This document shows, piece after piece, positions 36,742 to 45,658 of a stretch of DNA of 64,000 nucleotides (position 1 is the first letter of the stretch; each line of letters starts with the position of its first letter). The notes under the pieces are model-generated. The model ran no database searches. It saw only the letters and a program-made list of their open reading frames with translations, and was not told where the DNA came from. The stretch spans positions 10,327 through 74,326 of the forward strand of contig CADAPG010000002.1 in the NCBI GenBank assembly GCA_902789675.1. The letters are read 5' to 3'. A program made the translations under genes and the position numbers. Source of the DNA: an uncultured Eubacteriales bacterium. Lineage in GTDB: Bacteria; Bacillota; Clostridia; Christensenellales; CAG-138.

Positions 36742-37233
36742 ATGGAAACGAATCCGATCACCGTACCCGACAGCAATGCAGAGATGAGACAAATGTTTGA
36801 GGAGATGCGCGGTTACGAGAAAAAGAATCTGCGCATCAACCGGATCCGGATGATATGCTCGATCGCAGGGCTGGCGCTTCTGATCATTGCGCTGATCGTG
36901 GTCCTCGTCAACGTGGGAACGGTTGTGCACAAGGTCAATACCGTGTCCGAAGCGGCGATCAAAACCGTGAACAATATCAACACGATCGCGGAGCAGGTCA
37001 CGAAGGTCGATCTCGAAAAGCTCGGCAATTCGATCCAGGATGTTGCGGAGCTCGGTGAAGAAACGCTGCAGCAGGTCAAGGATGCGACGGCGGATCTCGG
37101 CTCGCTGGTGAAGAATGCGGACGACGCCATGCAGCACATCAACAGCGTCAACTTCGAAGATCTGAACAACGGTATTCAGCGGCTGAACGACGTCCTTGCG
37201 CCGATCGCGAAATTCTTCAACATTTTCAACTGA
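36742..37233 (+). CDS. hypothetical single-pass membrane protein with a coiled-coil-like ectodomain
   Basis: GGAGAA RBS before ATG 36742. One TM helix (ICSIAGLALLIIALIVVLV). The longer ORF in the track overlaps valS and is rejected. Confidence 0.6.
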   Translation: METNPITVPDSNAEMRQMFEEMRGYEKKNLRINRIRMICSIAGLALLIIALIVVLVNVGTVVHKVNTVSEAAIKTVNNINTIAEQVTKVDLEKLGNSIQDVAELGEETLQQVKDATADLGSLVKNADDAMQHINSVNFEDLNNGIQRLNDVLAPIAKFFNIFN

Positions 37234-37264
37234 TAAAATAATTTCAGAAAAACAAAAAAATGTG

Positions 37265-37293
37265 TTGACTTTTTATCCGGAATGTAGTATTCT
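37265..37293 (+). promoter_or_regulatory. promoter of the 7-tRNA operon
   Basis: TTGACT (37265-37270), 17-nt spacer, TATTCT (37288-37293). Confidence 0.6.
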
Positions 37294-37323
37294 ATTCAAG
37301 CCGTTTGAAGTTCGTGTGAAGTT

Positions 37324-37400
37324 CGGGGTGTAGCGCAGTCCGGTAGCGCACGTGCTTTGGGAGCATGGGGCCGGAGGTTCAAATCCTCTCACCCCGACCA
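37324..37400 (+). tRNA. tRNA-Pro (anticodon TGG), CCA encoded
   Basis: Hand-folded cloverleaf with acceptor CGGGGTG/CACCCCG and anticodon loop TTTGGGA. Confidence 0.9.
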
Positions 37401-37416
37401 AAACGGCTTAATGCGT

Positions 37417-37491
37417 GGTCCCGTGGTCAAGTGGTTAAGACACCGCCCTTTCACGGCGGCTACAGGAGTTCGAATCTCCTCGGGATCACCA
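37417..37491 (+). tRNA. tRNA-Glu (TTC), CCA encoded
   Basis: Cloverleaf with anticodon stem-loop CCGCC-CTTTCAC-GGCGG. Confidence 0.9.
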
Positions 37492-37509
37492 TTTTCCTTC
37501 AGGAAACAA

Positions 37510-37586
37510 GGGCCTTTAGCTCAGTTGGTCAGAGCGGTCGGCTCATAACCGATTGGTCCGGGGTTCAAGTCCCTGAAGGCCCACCA
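37510..37586 (+). tRNA. tRNA with CAT anticodon; probably tRNA-Ile2 (lysidine) rather than elongator Met, and not an initiator
   Basis: Cloverleaf with a paired G1-C72 and the loop CTCATAA. The overall sequence resembles ileX-type tRNAs from memory. Confidence 0.85.
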
Positions 37587-37592
37587 AGGAGT

Positions 37593-37669
37593 GGCCCGGT
37601 AGTTCAGTTGGTTAGAATGCCAGCCTGTCACGCTGGAGGTCAGGGGTTCGAGCCCCCTTCGGGTCGCCA
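37593..37669 (+). tRNA. tRNA-Asp (GTC), CCA encoded
   Basis: Cloverleaf with anticodon loop CTGTCAC. Confidence 0.9.
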
Positions 37670-37677
37670 CTTTTTCT

Positions 37678-37752
37678 GCCGGCGTAGCTCAATGGCAGAG
37701 CAACTGATTTGTAATCAGTAGGTTGTTGGTTCGACTCCGATCGCCGGCTCCA
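37678..37752 (+). tRNA. tRNA-Thr (TGT), CCA encoded
   Basis: Cloverleaf with acceptor GCCGGCG and anticodon loop TTTGTAA. Confidence 0.9.
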
Positions 37753-37786
37753 ACACGACATTGACAACTTGATATCGGTATTACGT

Positions 37787-37871
<85 letters not shown>

Positions 37872-37877
37872 CAATAC

Positions 37878-37964
37878 GCGGGAATGGCGGAATTGGCAGA
37901 CGCGCACGGTTCAGGTCCGTGTGAAAGCAATTTCATGCAGGTTCAAGTCCTGTTTCCCGCACCA
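37878..37964 (+). tRNA. tRNA-Leu (CAG), long variable arm, CCA encoded
   Basis: Cloverleaf with anticodon stem-loop CACGG-TTCAGGT-CCGTG. Confidence 0.9.
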
Positions 37965-37965
37965 G

Positions 37966-37996
37966 AAAAAGCACTTGCTTCGGCAAGTGCTATTTT
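37966..37996 (+). terminator. intrinsic terminator of the tRNA operon
   Basis: AGCACTTGC-TTCG-GCAAGTGCT hairpin followed by ATTTT. Confidence 0.8.
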
Positions 37997-38000
37997 CAAC

Positions 38001-38082
38001 GATGTGTTCCGCTGCTGCGGAACGTGATGTGTCCTTCGGACGTGATAAAGCGATGTGCGTTTCGCGCGTGAGCGGAACGCAC
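38001..38082. repeat. array of three GC mini-hairpins, each preceded by GATGT (element A)
   Basis: GATGT at 38001, 38026 and 38052. Hairpins are GTTCCGC-TGCT-GCGGAAC (38006-38023), GTCC-TTC-GGAC (38031-38041) and GTGCGTT...AACGCAC (38055-38082). A distal GCGGAAC (38072-38078) is also complementary to 38006-38012. Confidence 0.6.
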
Positions 38083-38130
38083 CACGTTACCACCGTCGTA
38101 CGGGTGTTCTGTTTCTCTGAAACGAAACCA

Positions 38131-38159
38131 TTGACAGCGTCGTGGATTCGTACTACACT
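38131..38159 (+). promoter_or_regulatory. sigma-70-type promoter
   Basis: TTGACA (38131-38136), 17-nt spacer, TACACT (38154-38159). Confidence 0.55.
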
Positions 38160-38205
38160 CAAACCGAAAGACCGGACGTCATCCGGCAGAGAAAGGGACG
38201 GGACG

Positions 38206-38589
38206 ATGCTCACCCTCAAGGAATACAAACAGATCGTATCGGAGCTTCTGGACGAGCTGCCGGAGGAATTCTTCCGGGAGCTTTCCGGCGGCGTCGTCGT
38301 GTCCGAAGCCTATGTGATCCCGGATTACGCAAAGGGAAACGATCTCTATATCATGGGGCATTACAAGATCTATTCCGGCGTCCGGCAGATCGTTCTCTAT
38401 AAAGGCTCGTTCGATCGCGTTTATCCGAACGCGGAAGCGGAGGAGGCAAAGAAACTGCTGCGCGGGATCCTGCGCCACGAATTCCGGCATCATCTGGAGT
38501 TTTTGGGCGGCGTTCACAACGCAGAATCCTTGGAGGCGGAGGACGAACGGCAAAAACAGGCGTATATCGCCCGACACAATCAGCAGTAA
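38206..38589 (+). CDS. small zincin-like metallopeptidase-family protein (HExxH)
   Basis: Start MLTLKEYKQ at 38206. HEFRHH motif. The longer track ORF begins inside tRNA-Leu and is rejected. Confidence 0.6.
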   Translation: MLTLKEYKQIVSELLDELPEEFFRELSGGVVVSEAYVIPDYAKGNDLYIMGHYKIYSGVRQIVLYKGSFDRVYPNAEAEEAKKLLRGILRHEFRHHLEFLGGVHNAESLEAEDERQKQAYIARHNQQ

Positions 38590-38594
38590 CACAT

Positions 38595-38627
38595 AAAAAC
38601 AGCACCCGTTTTCAGGTGCTGTTCTTC
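38595..38627. terminator. bidirectional terminator between convergent genes
   Basis: ACAGCACC / GGTGCTGT stem (38599-38622) flanked by an A-run and a T-rich tail. Confidence 0.65.
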
Positions 38628-38628
38628 G

Positions 38629-39102
38629 TTATTCGGCTTCGGATTCTTCCGCGGCGGGTTCCTTCTTTGCAAGGTCGTTCGTGTCGATCGAATTGCGGAA
38701 GATGAAAAAGCGTTGATAGGGGAATTCCAAAGCAAGATTGATCAGCATATTCAAACCCGTGGCAAAGAACCAATGCCAACCGCATTTTGCCGTCAGATAA
38801 TGATCGAACCAATAGGAAAACGGACCGAAGAAAACATAGAATAACAGAGCGAGCAAAATCGCCGTTTTGAGATTCGACGTGCTTTTGAACGTGTACCGCC
38901 TGTTGATGGTACAATTCCAGATAACGGACAGAGTCAGCGCGATCGCATAATACACTGCGTGCAGCGGTTCTCCCTCTGTTGATTTACCGAAAATCCACTC
39001 CAGCAGAGCGTTTGAACCCAGTTGGATGAGACCTGCCGATGCGGATACCAGTACGTATTTGATTGTTCTGAGCAGTTCTTTCCGGTTTTTCATCTTTCTC
39101 AT
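38629..39102 (-). CDS. GtrA-family membrane protein
   Basis: Start chosen at ATG 39102 (MRKMKNRKELLRTIKYVLVSASAGLIQ) with a GAAGGA RBS. It has four hydrophobic helices and a GtrA-like N-terminal pattern. Confidence 0.7.
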   Translation of the reverse strand: MRKMKNRKELLRTIKYVLVSASAGLIQLGSNALLEWIFGKSTEGEPLHAVYYAIALTLSVIWNCTINRRYTFKSTSNLKTAILLALLFYVFFGPFSYWFDHYLTAKCGWHWFFATGLNMLINLALEFPYQRFFIFRNSIDTNDLAKKEPAAEESEAE

Positions 39103-39371
39103 TCCTTCAATCTGCTTTCGAAGTCCGGATCCAGATATCCGTCCGGTTCGCCTTCGACGGGATCCTCGCCCTTGTGGTAATCCGCGGTTTTGATCAGCCG
39201 TTTCCATTCGAACTGCGTGACCTGCCGCTCGGGAAGGCTGTCCGCATACGATGCGGTCGTGTGCCAGATCTGTCCGCAGACACTGCAGCGGACGACGGAG
39301 TCTCTTCCGGAGATCCGGATTACGGTCCAGTTCGCCGTATCCGGCGACGGGCAGCTGCATTTGTACGTCAT
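39099..39371 (-). CDS. 90-aa Cys4 zinc-ribbon-like hypothetical protein
   Basis: KCSCP...RCSVCG. AGGAG RBS. ATGA overlap with the GtrA gene. It lies 10 nt downstream of radC. Confidence 0.55.
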   Translation of the reverse strand: MTYKCSCPSPDTANWTVIRISGRDSVVRCSVCGQIWHTTASYADSLPERQVTQFEWKRLIKTADYHKGEDPVEGEPDGYLDPDFESRLKE

Positions 39372-39381
39372 GGTTTCTCCT

Positions 39382-40155
39382 TCAGGACCGACGGCTTTTG
39401 TCGGAAATCGGATAAAGCGTCCGGTTGTATTCTTCGAGCGACATCACGTTGCAGACGGCGGGCGTGCTGTACAGGAACACGCGGTCGTACTGATAGCTGT
39501 ACGCGGCGTTTTTGGAGAGGATCAGCTGATCGCGCACGTCGATCTCCAGCCGCGAGCCGATCTCCTCGATCATCTTAGCGGTCTCGATATCGTCCGCGGA
39601 CGGAATGATGACGCCGGAGGGGTGATTGTGCGTCAGGATGAGATACCGCGCCTTGTGGGTCAGAGCGGTTTCGATCACGCGGCGCGGCTCGAAGCTGACG
39701 TGCGACAGCGTTCCGACCTGCAGCGTTTCCGTATGCAGCACCTTCATAGTCGTATCGAGGCAGATGATGCGCAGCGTTTCATAGCGGTCGCCGATGGAGA
39801 GCGCAAGCGCGTACCGGCATGCGCTTTCCGGGTTCTCAAGCCGCATCGCGCCGCGGGAACCGGCAGTTTCAAGCGTCAGACGGCGATGCAGATCATAGAG
39901 CGAATGCAGGAAGAGCGCGGTCTTTTCGCCGACGCCGTCGATTGCGGACAGACGCTGGGGATCCGCTTCCAGAACGCCGGTCAGCGATCCGAATGTGTTC
40001 AGAAGCCGGTGTGCAAGCCCGTTGACGTCCTTTCGGGGGATCACATAGGTGAGCAGGTATTCCAAAACGACATGATCCGCCATGCCGTTCATGCCCTGTT
40101 TCCGATACTGTTCCCGGATGCGTTCCCGGTGCCCTTCGTGTAGATTCTCGCTCAT
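39382..40155 (-). CDS. radC: RadC-family (JAB/MPN domain) protein
   Basis: HhH segment IDGVGEKTA and the JAMM-like motif LTHNHPSG. Confidence 0.85.
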   Translation of the reverse strand: MSENLHEGHRERIREQYRKQGMNGMADHVVLEYLLTYVIPRKDVNGLAHRLLNTFGSLTGVLEADPQRLSAIDGVGEKTALFLHSLYDLHRRLTLETAGSRGAMRLENPESACRYALALSIGDRYETLRIICLDTTMKVLHTETLQVGTLSHVSFEPRRVIETALTHKARYLILTHNHPSGVIIPSADDIETAKMIEEIGSRLEIDVRDQLILSKNAAYSYQYDRVFLYSTPAVCNVMSLEEYNRTLYPISDKSRRS

Positions 40156-40382
40156 ATCCTATATTGTACCTGTTTTTGCGTGTTTCGTCAATTCCGGATT
40201 GTCAGCTTTTTCGAAATTGCATGATCGGAGCATCTGTATTACCGATATTGCACTCCGGCTTTTCAAAGGAGTAAACACCGCAAAATAAACGAAAATCCAT
40301 TGTGATTTCTTGTTTGTGATTATTTTATAAAAATGTTTCCACAGGACACAAAACTGTCTTGCATTTTTCGGAGAGAGGGGGT

Positions 40383-42209
40383 ATGATAAATATATCTACG
40401 GGACCGGGGGGTAACACCCAAGGGGAGGAAGAAGAATTGATCTTCGGAAAACACATCAATAAATACTATCTGAAATATGCGCCGCTTCTTTTGCTCGGTG
40501 CGATTGCGCTGATCCTTGTCGATTATGTGCAGCTGATCATTCCGGAGCTTTACCGGATGCTGATCAACGGACTGAACGAGGGAGAAGTACTGTATCAAGG
40601 CGTCATGACGCCGTTCGACACATCGTTTTTGCTGGACAGGATCTGCCTGCCCATCGTTTACGTGATCGCCGTTATGGTCGTCGGACGGTTCCTTTGGCGC
40701 GTATGCTTCTTCGGCTCGGCGATCCGCGTGGAAACGGACATCCGCATCAAGATGTTCGATCATTGCAAGGACCTTTCACGCGAATACTATCAGGTCAACA
40801 AAGTCGGCAATCTGATGAGCCTGTTCACGAACGACCTCGATACGATCCAGGAATGCTTCGGCGACGGGCTTCTGATGCTGTTCGACGCGCTGTTTCTGGG
40901 CGCGCTTGCGTTCGTCAAGATGTGGCGCATGGACGTGCGGCTGACGCTTCTGACGCTGATCCCGCTGGGGCTGATCCTGATGATCGGCGTGCTGATGGGC
41001 AAGGCGATGATGAAGAAGTGGGAGGTCCGTCAGCGCGCGTTTTCGAACCTTTCCGATTTTGCGCAGGAGAGCTTTTCCGGCTTTGCGGTGATCAAGGCGT
41101 TCGTGAAGGAGCTTCACGAGCTGATGTCGTTCAAAAAGCTCAACGTCGAAAACGAAGACACGAACGTCGATTATACGCGCATCTCGACGCTGATGCACGT
41201 TTTGATCGTACTGCTGGTGGAAACGGTCATCTGCGTCATCCTCGGCTACGGCGGCTATCTTGTCTACAAGGATCGGTTCAACGCAGGACAGCTTGTGGAA
41301 TACATCGCTTACTTCCAATCGGTCGTCTGGCCGGTCATGGCGGTGTCCATGCTGATCGAAAAATCAGCGCGCGGCAAAGCATCCATGAAGCGCATTGCGG
41401 AACTTTTGGAGGCGGAGATCACGGTGCACGACGAACCGGGGGCGGAGGAGCTTGAAAGCGTTCGGGGCAAGATCGAATTCAAGCATCTTTCCTTCCGTTA
41501 TCCCGACGGCGAATTCAACGCGCTCGAGGACGTAACGTTCACGATCGAGGCGGGCGAAAGCGTCGGGCTGATCGGCAAGACCGGCGCGGGCAAGACGACG
41601 CTCGTCGATCTGATCCTCAGGACCTATAACGTGCCCAAGGGGACGCTGTTCATCGACGGGCACGACGTGACGGACGCGTCGATCCGTTCGGTGCGCGAAG
41701 CTTGCGCGTATGTGCCGCAGGACAATTTCCTGTTCTCGGACACGATCGCAAACAACATCAATTTTGCTTATGACGAACTGAACGAGGAAGCGGTCGAAAA
41801 TGCCGCCTCGCTTTCGGACGTGCACGATAATATCGTCGATTTCCGCGACGGCTACACCACGGTCCTCGGCGAACGCGGCGTCACGGTTTCCGGCGGTCAG
41901 AAGCAGCGCATCTCCATTGCGCGCGCACTGATGAAGAACGCGCCGATCCTGATCATGGACGACTCCGTTTCGGCGGTCGATACCGACACCGAAAAGGTCA
42001 TCCTGCAGAATCTCAAAGAATGCCGCAAGGGCAGGACGACGATCCTGATCGCGCACCGCATCTCGACGGTACGCGATCTCGATAAGCTGATCTTCCTGGA
42101 AGACGGCCGCGTAAAGGCGGTCGGCAGTCATGACGAGCTGATGGAAACGTGTCCGGCTTATGCGCACATGGTCGAACTGCAGCGGCTGGAAGAAGCCGCA
42201 AACGCGTGA
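40383..42209 (+). CDS. ABC exporter, fused permease/ATPase (first subunit of a probable heterodimer)
   Basis: GAGAGGGGG RBS. Six-TM domain followed by an NBD with GKTGAGKTT, VSGGQKQR and ILIMDD. Confidence 0.9.
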   Translation: MINISTGPGGNTQGEEEELIFGKHINKYYLKYAPLLLLGAIALILVDYVQLIIPELYRMLINGLNEGEVLYQGVMTPFDTSFLLDRICLPIVYVIAVMVVGRFLWRVCFFGSAIRVETDIRIKMFDHCKDLSREYYQVNKVGNLMSLFTNDLDTIQECFGDGLLMLFDALFLGALAFVKMWRMDVRLTLLTLIPLGLILMIGVLMGKAMMKKWEVRQRAFSNLSDFAQESFSGFAVIKAFVKELHELMSFKKLNVENEDTNVDYTRISTLMHVLIVLLVETVICVILGYGGYLVYKDRFNAGQLVEYIAYFQSVVWPVMAVSMLIEKSARGKASMKRIAELLEAEITVHDEPGAEELESVRGKIEFKHLSFRYPDGEFNALEDVTFTIEAGESVGLIGKTGAGKTTLVDLILRTYNVPKGTLFIDGHDVTDASIRSVREACAYVPQDNFLFSDTIANNINFAYDELNEEAVENAASLSDVHDNIVDFRDGYTTVLGERGVTVSGGQKQRISIARALMKNAPILIMDDSVSAVDTDTEKVILQNLKECRKGRTTILIAHRISTVRDLDKLIFLEDGRVKAVGSHDELMETCPAYAHMVELQRLEEAANA

Positions 42210-42222
42210 GGAGGTGACGAAG

Positions 42223-44124
42223 ATGCATGATTATTATCCTTTGCTTCTTGCAGGCGGCATCATCGGACTGATCTCCGTCATCCTCATCGTGGCGTTCGCC
42301 ATGATCAAGGACAAAAAACAGGCGATCGGCTTTGACCGTCATATGAAGGACGGCGAGATCGTCAGACGCCTCATGCGATACGCAAAGCCGTACGCGGGCA
42401 AGTTCGTTTTCGTCGGGATCATCGTTCTGATCGGCATCGCGTACGACGTTATTTCCCCGCTGCTGATCGGCAGAATCACGGATCTCATCCGTGCGGATTT
42501 CGAGCTGAAGCGGCTGTTTGCGCTGGTCGCGACCTATGCAGGCATTCTGATCGTGTCGATGGTCTGTACCTACGTGCAGGCGATCGTGCTTCAGAAGGTG
42601 GGGCAGCGGATCATCTCCGTCATGCGTGAGGACCTGTTCACGCATATCGAATCGCTCTCGCACGAACAGATGAATTCCATGCCGGTCGGCAAGCTCGTCA
42701 CGCGCGTCACGAACGACACGAATGCGATTTCGCTGATGTTCACGTCGCTGTTGGTCAATCTTGTGAAGAACATTTTCGTCATCGTCGGCGTATTTGCCGC
42801 CATGATCGCATTGAACTACGAACTGACGCTGATGGTGCTGTGCTTCGTACCGTTCATCGTGCTGTTCACAATGATTTTCCGCAAGTTCGCGCGCCGGGCG
42901 TACCGCCGCGTGAAGGACCGCACGACGGACATCAACACGTATCTTTCGGAAAATCTGTCCGGCATCAAGATCACGCAGATCTTCAACCGCGAAAAAGAAA
43001 AGCTGCGTGATTTCACGGAGAAGAGCAAGGGGCTCGGCAAAGCGAAGCGCGATCAGATCCTGGTGTTCGGGATCTTCCGCCCGCTCGTCTATATGCTGTA
43101 TATCAGCTCCGTGCTGTGCCTGTTCTTCCTGGGCGGCAAAGGTTACCTCGACGGCACGGTGTTTCTCGGACAGACGCTGGAGGTCGGCACGATCGTCAGC
43201 TTCTACATGTACATCAACAAGTTCTATAACCCGATCCAGAACCTTGCGGAGCAGTTCAACTGGCTGCAGTCGGCGTTTGCAAGCGCCGAGAAGGTCTTTA
43301 CGATCATGGACATCGAGCCCGCGCTTTCGGACGCGCCCGACGCCATCGAACTCAAGGAGGTCCGCGGCGAGATCGAGTTCCGGCACGTTTGGTTCAGCTA
43401 TATTCCGGACGAATGGGTGCTGAAGGACGTTTCCTTCCATGTGAGCCCGAACGAGACCGTGGCGTTCGTCGGCGCGACCGGCTCCGGCAAAACGACGATC
43501 CTTTCGCTGATCTGCCGCAACTATGAATTCCAGAAGGGCGAGATCCTGATCGACGGGATCGACATCCGAAAGATCAAGATGTCCTCGCTGCGCAGGCATT
43601 TCGGGCAGATGCTGCAGGACGTGTTCCTGTTCTCGGGCACGATCCGCAGCAACATCCTTCTGGGACTGGAAGGCATCGACGACGGGAAGATCATGGAGGC
43701 GTGCCGCTATGTCAACGCGGATCATTTCATCGACCGGCTCGACAACGGACTGGACGAGATCGTGCGCGAGCGCGGCAACAATTTCTCCGCGGGACAGCGG
43801 CAGCTGCTGAGCTTTGCGCGGACGATCATCCATAAGCCGGCGGTCATGATCCTCGACGAGGCGACCGCAAACATCGACACGGAGACCGAAGTGCTCATTC
43901 AGGATTCCCTGGAAAAAATGATGAACATCGGCACGATGCTCATCGTGGCGCACCGGCTTTCCACGATCCAGCACGCAGACAACATCATCGTCCTGCGGCG
44001 CGGCGAGATCATCGAGCAGGGGACGCATCAGGAACTGCTCCAAAAAAAAGGCAGATATTACTCGCTGTACACCCTGCAGTTCGAACGCGAACGCGCGCGT
44101 CTCGAGGAACAGCAGAACGCTTGA
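42223..44124 (+). CDS. ABC exporter, fused permease/ATPase (second subunit)
   Basis: GAGGAGG RBS. NBD motifs GATGSGKTT, FSAGQRQL and VMILDEAT. Confidence 0.9.
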   Translation: MHDYYPLLLAGGIIGLISVILIVAFAMIKDKKQAIGFDRHMKDGEIVRRLMRYAKPYAGKFVFVGIIVLIGIAYDVISPLLIGRITDLIRADFELKRLFALVATYAGILIVSMVCTYVQAIVLQKVGQRIISVMREDLFTHIESLSHEQMNSMPVGKLVTRVTNDTNAISLMFTSLLVNLVKNIFVIVGVFAAMIALNYELTLMVLCFVPFIVLFTMIFRKFARRAYRRVKDRTTDINTYLSENLSGIKITQIFNREKEKLRDFTEKSKGLGKAKRDQILVFGIFRPLVYMLYISSVLCLFFLGGKGYLDGTVFLGQTLEVGTIVSFYMYINKFYNPIQNLAEQFNWLQSAFASAEKVFTIMDIEPALSDAPDAIELKEVRGEIEFRHVWFSYIPDEWVLKDVSFHVSPNETVAFVGATGSGKTTILSLICRNYEFQKGEILIDGIDIRKIKMSSLRRHFGQMLQDVFLFSGTIRSNILLGLEGIDDGKIMEACRYVNADHFIDRLDNGLDEIVRERGNNFSAGQRQLLSFARTIIHKPAVMILDEATANIDTETEVLIQDSLEKMMNIGTMLIVAHRLSTIQHADNIIVLRRGEIIEQGTHQELLQKKGRYYSLYTLQFERERARLEEQQNA

Positions 44125-44136
44125 AAAACAGATCGC

Positions 44137-44173
44137 AAAACACAGGGCAGCCGATTCGGCTGCCCTGTGTTAT
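44137..44173. terminator. bidirectional intrinsic terminator
   Basis: 15-bp stem AACACAGGGCAGCCG / CGGCTGCCCTGTGTT with loop ATT, between convergent genes. Confidence 0.85.
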
Positions 44174-44182
44174 TACCGTTTC

Positions 44183-45658
44183 TTACAGATTCCGGAGAAG
44201 CCCGGTCGCTTCGTTGAACTCGTTGATGAGCTCGTCGATCTCGTCGACCTGCGCGTGCATGTCGGTCCAGTAATGCTTGTCGTACCACTGCGCGTTGAGC
44301 TCGTGTACGTCCTTGCCCTGCTGCTCGACCCAGGTGTAGTATTTGAGGTTGTGGACGCGCTTTCTCGTTGCGTAGGTAAGCTCTTCCATTGTGTCGGTGC
44401 GCAGACCGTGGAGATGCTCCGCCCAATCTGCGGCAGCCATCGCTTCGGTGTACGCGCCGTTCTCCTCCTCGAGCTCGCGGATGCGGCTCTGATACATCAC
44501 GGCGGAGTCGGTGCCGACGGTTGCAAGGATATCGTGCTCGTCGAGCTCGTAGTACTTCGCCATCTTGATGCAGCACAGCAGGTTTGCAATGCCGGAGATG
44601 CCGAGCAGAGAGAGCTGATCGACGGTCTCCTGCGGCACGCCGACGATCTCGTGCAGGTACTTGAGACCTACCGGATCGTTGAAGAGGCGGAGGAGCTTCT
44701 GGCTGTCCTCGTCGTCGATCGCAATGACCATATCGGTGTTCTTGACGTTGTGAATCCACGGCACGTGCTTGTCGCCGATGCCCTCGATGCGGTGACCGCC
44801 GAAGCCGTTATTCAGCAGCGTCGGGCACTGCAGCGCCTCGCCGACGGCAAGCTTGGATTCCGGGAACTTCTCCTTCAGGAAATCGCCCGCGCTCATCGTG
44901 CCCGCGGAGCCGCTGGTGAACGCCGCGCCCGCAAAGCGGTCATCCTTGCCGAGCAGGCTCTCCACGACCTCATAGATCGCGCGGCCCGTTACGTTGTAAT
45001 GCCAGAGCGGATTGCCCATCTCCTCGAACTGGTTGAAGATCATCATGGAAGGATCTTTTCTGAGCTCCCAGGTCTTATCGAAGATCTCCTTGACGTTGGA
45101 CTCGCAGCCCGGCGTCGCAATGACCTGACCCGCGATCTTCGAAAGCCATTCAAAGCGCTCCTTGGACATCTCCGCCGGCAGGATCGCCACGGAATCGCAG
45201 GCAAGAAGCTTCGAGTTGAACGCGCCGCCGCGGCAGTAGTTGCCGGTGGACGGCCAGACCGCATGGTGGTAGGTGGGATCGAACTGACCCGTCACGAGCC
45301 GCGGCACGAGGCAGCCGAACGACGCGCCGACCTTATGGCAGCCGGTGGGGAACCACTTGCCGGTCAGCAGCACAATGCGCGCCTTGACGCCGGTCAGCGA
45401 GGAGGGAAGCTCGATATAGTTGACGCCGCCGAACTTGCCGTCGCCCCCCTTCTCCACGGGGTTGTTCTTCCACGTGATGCGGAAGAGGTTCAGAGGATTC
45501 ACGTCCCAAAGACCGACTTTGGTCAGCTTGTCCTGAATCTTTTCGGGGATCTTCGTCGGGTCCTCCATCTGTGCAAAGGTGGGGATGATGATGTTCTTTT
45601 CGCGTGCACGTTCGATCGAACGGCTGAGATTTTCGCGATTCATGGTAAGATCGATCAT
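44183..45658 (-). CDS. fold-type II (tryptophan synthase beta / cysteine synthase superfamily) PLP-dependent enzyme of unknown specificity
   Basis: 491 aa. The candidate PLP-lysine context is PTGCHKVGASFG, and the glycine-rich loop is TSGSAGT. It is monocistronic with its own promoter-like TTTACA-17-TATTAT upstream. Confidence 0.6.
   Translation of the reverse strand: MIDLTMNRENLSRSIERAREKNIIIPTFAQMEDPTKIPEKIQDKLTKVGLWDVNPLNLFRITWKNNPVEKGGDGKFGGVNYIELPSSLTGVKARIVLLTGKWFPTGCHKVGASFGCLVPRLVTGQFDPTYHHAVWPSTGNYCRGGAFNSKLLACDSVAILPAEMSKERFEWLSKIAGQVIATPGCESNVKEIFDKTWELRKDPSMMIFNQFEEMGNPLWHYNVTGRAIYEVVESLLGKDDRFAGAAFTSGSAGTMSAGDFLKEKFPESKLAVGEALQCPTLLNNGFGGHRIEGIGDKHVPWIHNVKNTDMVIAIDDEDSQKLLRLFNDPVGLKYLHEIVGVPQETVDQLSLLGISGIANLLCCIKMAKYYELDEHDILATVGTDSAVMYQSRIRELEEENGAYTEAMAAADWAEHLHGLRTDTMEELTYATRKRVHNLKYYTWVEQQGKDVHELNAQWYDKHYWTDMHAQVDEIDELINEFNEATGLLRNL

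Noticed and set aside
42013-44043. 676-aa minus-strand ORF antisense to the second ABC exporter gene
   Set aside because: The plus-strand gene has complete TMD and NBD motifs, so this is an antisense artefact.
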